Assembly (NCBI GenBank): GCA_032718475.1
Contig: JAUCBJ010009025.1
Location: 1 to 61,713, forward strand
Direction of reading: 5' to 3'
Length of the DNA stretch: 61,713 bases
Source: Nemertoderma westbladi
Lineage: Eukaryota > Animalia > Xenacoelomorpha
Part shown: positions 59,626-61,713 of the stretch, piece after piece
Numbering within the stretch: position 1 is the stretch's first letter
How the letters are laid out: each line of letters opens with the position of its first letter
Program-made: the position numbers and the translations under genes
The notes under the pieces: model-generated
Database searches by the model: none
Told to the model about the DNA's origin: nothing
The model's input: the letters and a program-made list of their open reading frames with translations, nothing else

Positions 59626-60918
59626 ATGGAATCTGTGAAACCATCACAACCAAAAATGATGTCATTAAGCGGTAGCTCTACTGATAGTGTGCCCGCCCCA
59701 TACGTATCGGTGATTACAGGTAAGAGTGTGTGGGGCCTCGAGTGTTTGGGGGAAGGAATAGAAATAAAAGCATTTAACGGGAAATACGTTCGATTCAACC
59801 GTTGGGGTGATACCAAAGGACGCAACGTCGTACAAGAATCGGTAAGTCTTACTTACCAGAACATAAGATTCCTGTTTGACTTCCTCAATTATAATAAAAT
59901 AGCCATTGAATATTACAAGGAATACACCCGAGGCAATTTGCTTATAACACCGATAAATCATGCGTACTTACGCATTGGGAAAAACGGCGCATCAATTTTT
60001 ATCTCGCGAAAAATTCTAGATTACTTACAAAGCTTCTACGGCAAAGTCGTTCTTTCCCGTATTGAACCAAAAAAGAAGGAAATTCATGATGAGAATTTTA
60101 TGGAGTTCGAAGATTGTGGGTACATTGGATATATCTACGACTTTGAAGGGCAACGATTTGTCGGCGTTTGGGAAGCGGATGATATAGGTAGACAGCGAAA
60201 GGGTGTTATATATTACGATGGGTTGAATCTCAGAGCGGATGAATTCTGTTTGCTCGACTTTAACATAGATAAGAATGTTAACGAGAATATCGATGAGGTT
60301 AGTATGAGGTACACATCAACCGTTAACAAAAACGGGATATATTTGTCTCACAACTTCGACACCAAGGTTATTTTCATCCCACGAAACAACGCAAATGTCG
60401 CGATAATTAAGCAATTACAGAAGTACGCGGACCGCGATATTCCGTCTGGGTGTGAGTTTCTACCGATTAAAAAGTTAGTTGTTGAGGCTGCGATTGATGA
60501 ATTAACGGACGAGGAACTAATGAAAGTGGAAATGCCGAACAATGCTACTCAGCTGAAGACGTCCGAAGCAGTAAAAGTCGCTGCTAAGAAAATGGATGAG
60601 AAAAAAATCTGGTTGCCCGCGATTCCGGAAAATGAACAGGTAGACAGCACTGAAAAAAAGAATGATTATAAGGATATTGATACCCTCGTTGGGGGTGTGA
60701 GCGCTCAGATGAAGATGAAAACACCTAAAGCCATGAAAGAACAAGCGCTTAAGCGAAAAATTGATCTCATCGTGAATAAAACACCTAGCTATGAGTATGA
60801 AGATATCAGCGACTTTGAAGAGGACATCGTCAATGATACGGATGATGGTGAAGACATTTTCAATGAAATCGAGACTAATGGGCAACCTCAAATAAAGAAG
60901 AATAAACATTCAGTGTGA
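59626..60918 (+). CDS. Polinton protein with probable tandem PC4-like ssDNA-binding domains and an acidic tail
   Basis: IKAFNGKYVRFNRW..SVSLTYQNIRFL and IYDFEGQRFVGVWE..GLNLRADEFCLL resemble PC4 (F.GK..IDIRE..GISL..EQW..L); D/E-rich end plus KKNK. Confidence 0.55.
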   Translation: MESVKPSQPKMMSLSGSSTDSVPAPYVSVITGKSVWGLECLGEGIEIKAFNGKYVRFNRWGDTKGRNVVQESVSLTYQNIRFLFDFLNYNKIAIEYYKEYTRGNLLITPINHAYLRIGKNGASIFISRKILDYLQSFYGKVVLSRIEPKKKEIHDENFMEFEDCGYIGYIYDFEGQRFVGVWEADDIGRQRKGVIYYDGLNLRADEFCLLDFNIDKNVNENIDEVSMRYTSTVNKNGIYLSHNFDTKVIFIPRNNANVAIIKQLQKYADRDIPSGCEFLPIKKLVVEAAIDELTDEELMKVEMPNNATQLKTSEAVKVAAKKMDEKKIWLPAIPENEQVDSTEKKNDYKDIDTLVGGVSAQMKMKTPKAMKEQALKRKIDLIVNKTPSYEYEDISDFEEDIVNDTDDGEDIFNEIETNGQPQIKKNKHSV

Positions 60919-61110
60919 ATCTTCGAGCGGTAGAAACTTTATTATAAAAATAGACCATGTTTCTGGTTGGTGTCATGGTAACGGTTAAATTATTATCTGT
61001 GGGTTTAATGAATTATCGATTGAAATAAAAATGTTATATAGATTTAGTTATTTATTTATTATACACGCATTTACCGGTATTTATTATTATTATTATTATA
61101 CATATTATAC

Positions 61111-61551
61111 ATGGATGTGGTTAGAGAAGATGAGATTGTGGTGGATGAGATTGTAGAGGATGATGAGAGTATCGAGGATGATGAGATTGTGGTGGATGGA
61201 GATGATAATGAGAACGAAATGATACTGGTAGCAATGTATTTGACAGAAAAAGATGAAGCGCGAGTGCAGAGATTGTTAGAGCCTAGGAATGCGTGGGAGG
61301 TGATAGAAAAAAAGTATTATATGGAGGAAGAGGCGAAGAAAAACAAGAGTGTGTGGGGGGAAGATTGGGAGTTGGAGATGGCGGCTGAGGGGGATAGGAG
61401 AGCAAAGGAGGCTGAGAGGTGCGCGCGGGAGAAGGCAATGGAAGAAAGGATTGAAATGTTGATGGGAATGTTAGAGATGTTAGGCGGTGGCGGAGGTAAT
61501 GGCAATAATGTGGTGGATGTAGATAGCGAGGATAGCGGGATAAATGGGTGA
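61111..61551 (+). CDS. Highly acidic hypothetical protein (146 aa)
   Basis: Purine-rich ATG ORF with EDEIVVD repeats, preceded by an AT-rich leader. Confidence 0.6.
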   Translation: MDVVREDEIVVDEIVEDDESIEDDEIVVDGDDNENEMILVAMYLTEKDEARVQRLLEPRNAWEVIEKKYYMEEEAKKNKSVWGEDWELEMAAEGDRRAKEAERCAREKAMEERIEMLMGMLEMLGGGGGNGNNVVDVDSEDSGING

Positions 61552-61634
61552 GGTGGTGGAAGAAATTTTAAAATAGTAATGGTGATGGATTTAAGTATAA
61601 TAATCAAATTTGTCGGTATAATGATAATATTATA

Positions 61635-61713
61635 AATACAATAACCTTACTTCGCCGTAGCTCGCCCCACAACTCATTAATGGCGCCCATATGCTAAGGC
61701 TTCACTCGCTTCA
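61635..61713. repeat. Start of the right subterminal inverted repeat region of the Polinton
   Basis: AATACAATAACCTTACTTCG is the reverse complement of 43290-43309; GCTCGCCCCACAACT is the reverse complement of 43362-43376. Confidence 0.8.

Larger units (their letters stand above)
42415..61713. mobile_element. Polinton/Maverick (endogenous adintovirus-like element), >19.3 kb, right end beyond the window
   Basis: AGTAGTAG terminus at 42415; protease, MCP, mCP, integrase, ATPase and pPolB genes; left subterminal motifs recur inverted at 61635-61674. Confidence 0.95.

Overview
AT-rich eukaryotic (invertebrate-like) genomic DNA made almost entirely of nested mobile elements. The left ~42 kb holds a partial gag-like ORF running off the left edge, RTE/L2/CRE-type non-LTR retrotransposon relics, a truncated Gypsy, a BEL/Pao element, an internally deleted piggyBac, several MITEs and a minisatellite. 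The only convincing host genes there are two divergently oriented paralogues encoding a small secreted 8-cysteine peptide. From 42415 to the window end lies a nearly intact Polinton/Maverick (endogenous adintovirus-like element) inserted into the BEL gag. It carries the core genes: adenain protease, major capsid, rve integrase, packaging ATPase and protein-primed PolB with one in-frame stop. It also has unusual cargo: two tandem minor capsid genes, a TATA-binding-protein homologue, a PC4-like protein, a Maelstrom/DnaQ-like protein and a membrane-anchored pseudo-dUTPase. All family assignments come from motif recognition by eye; no searches were run.
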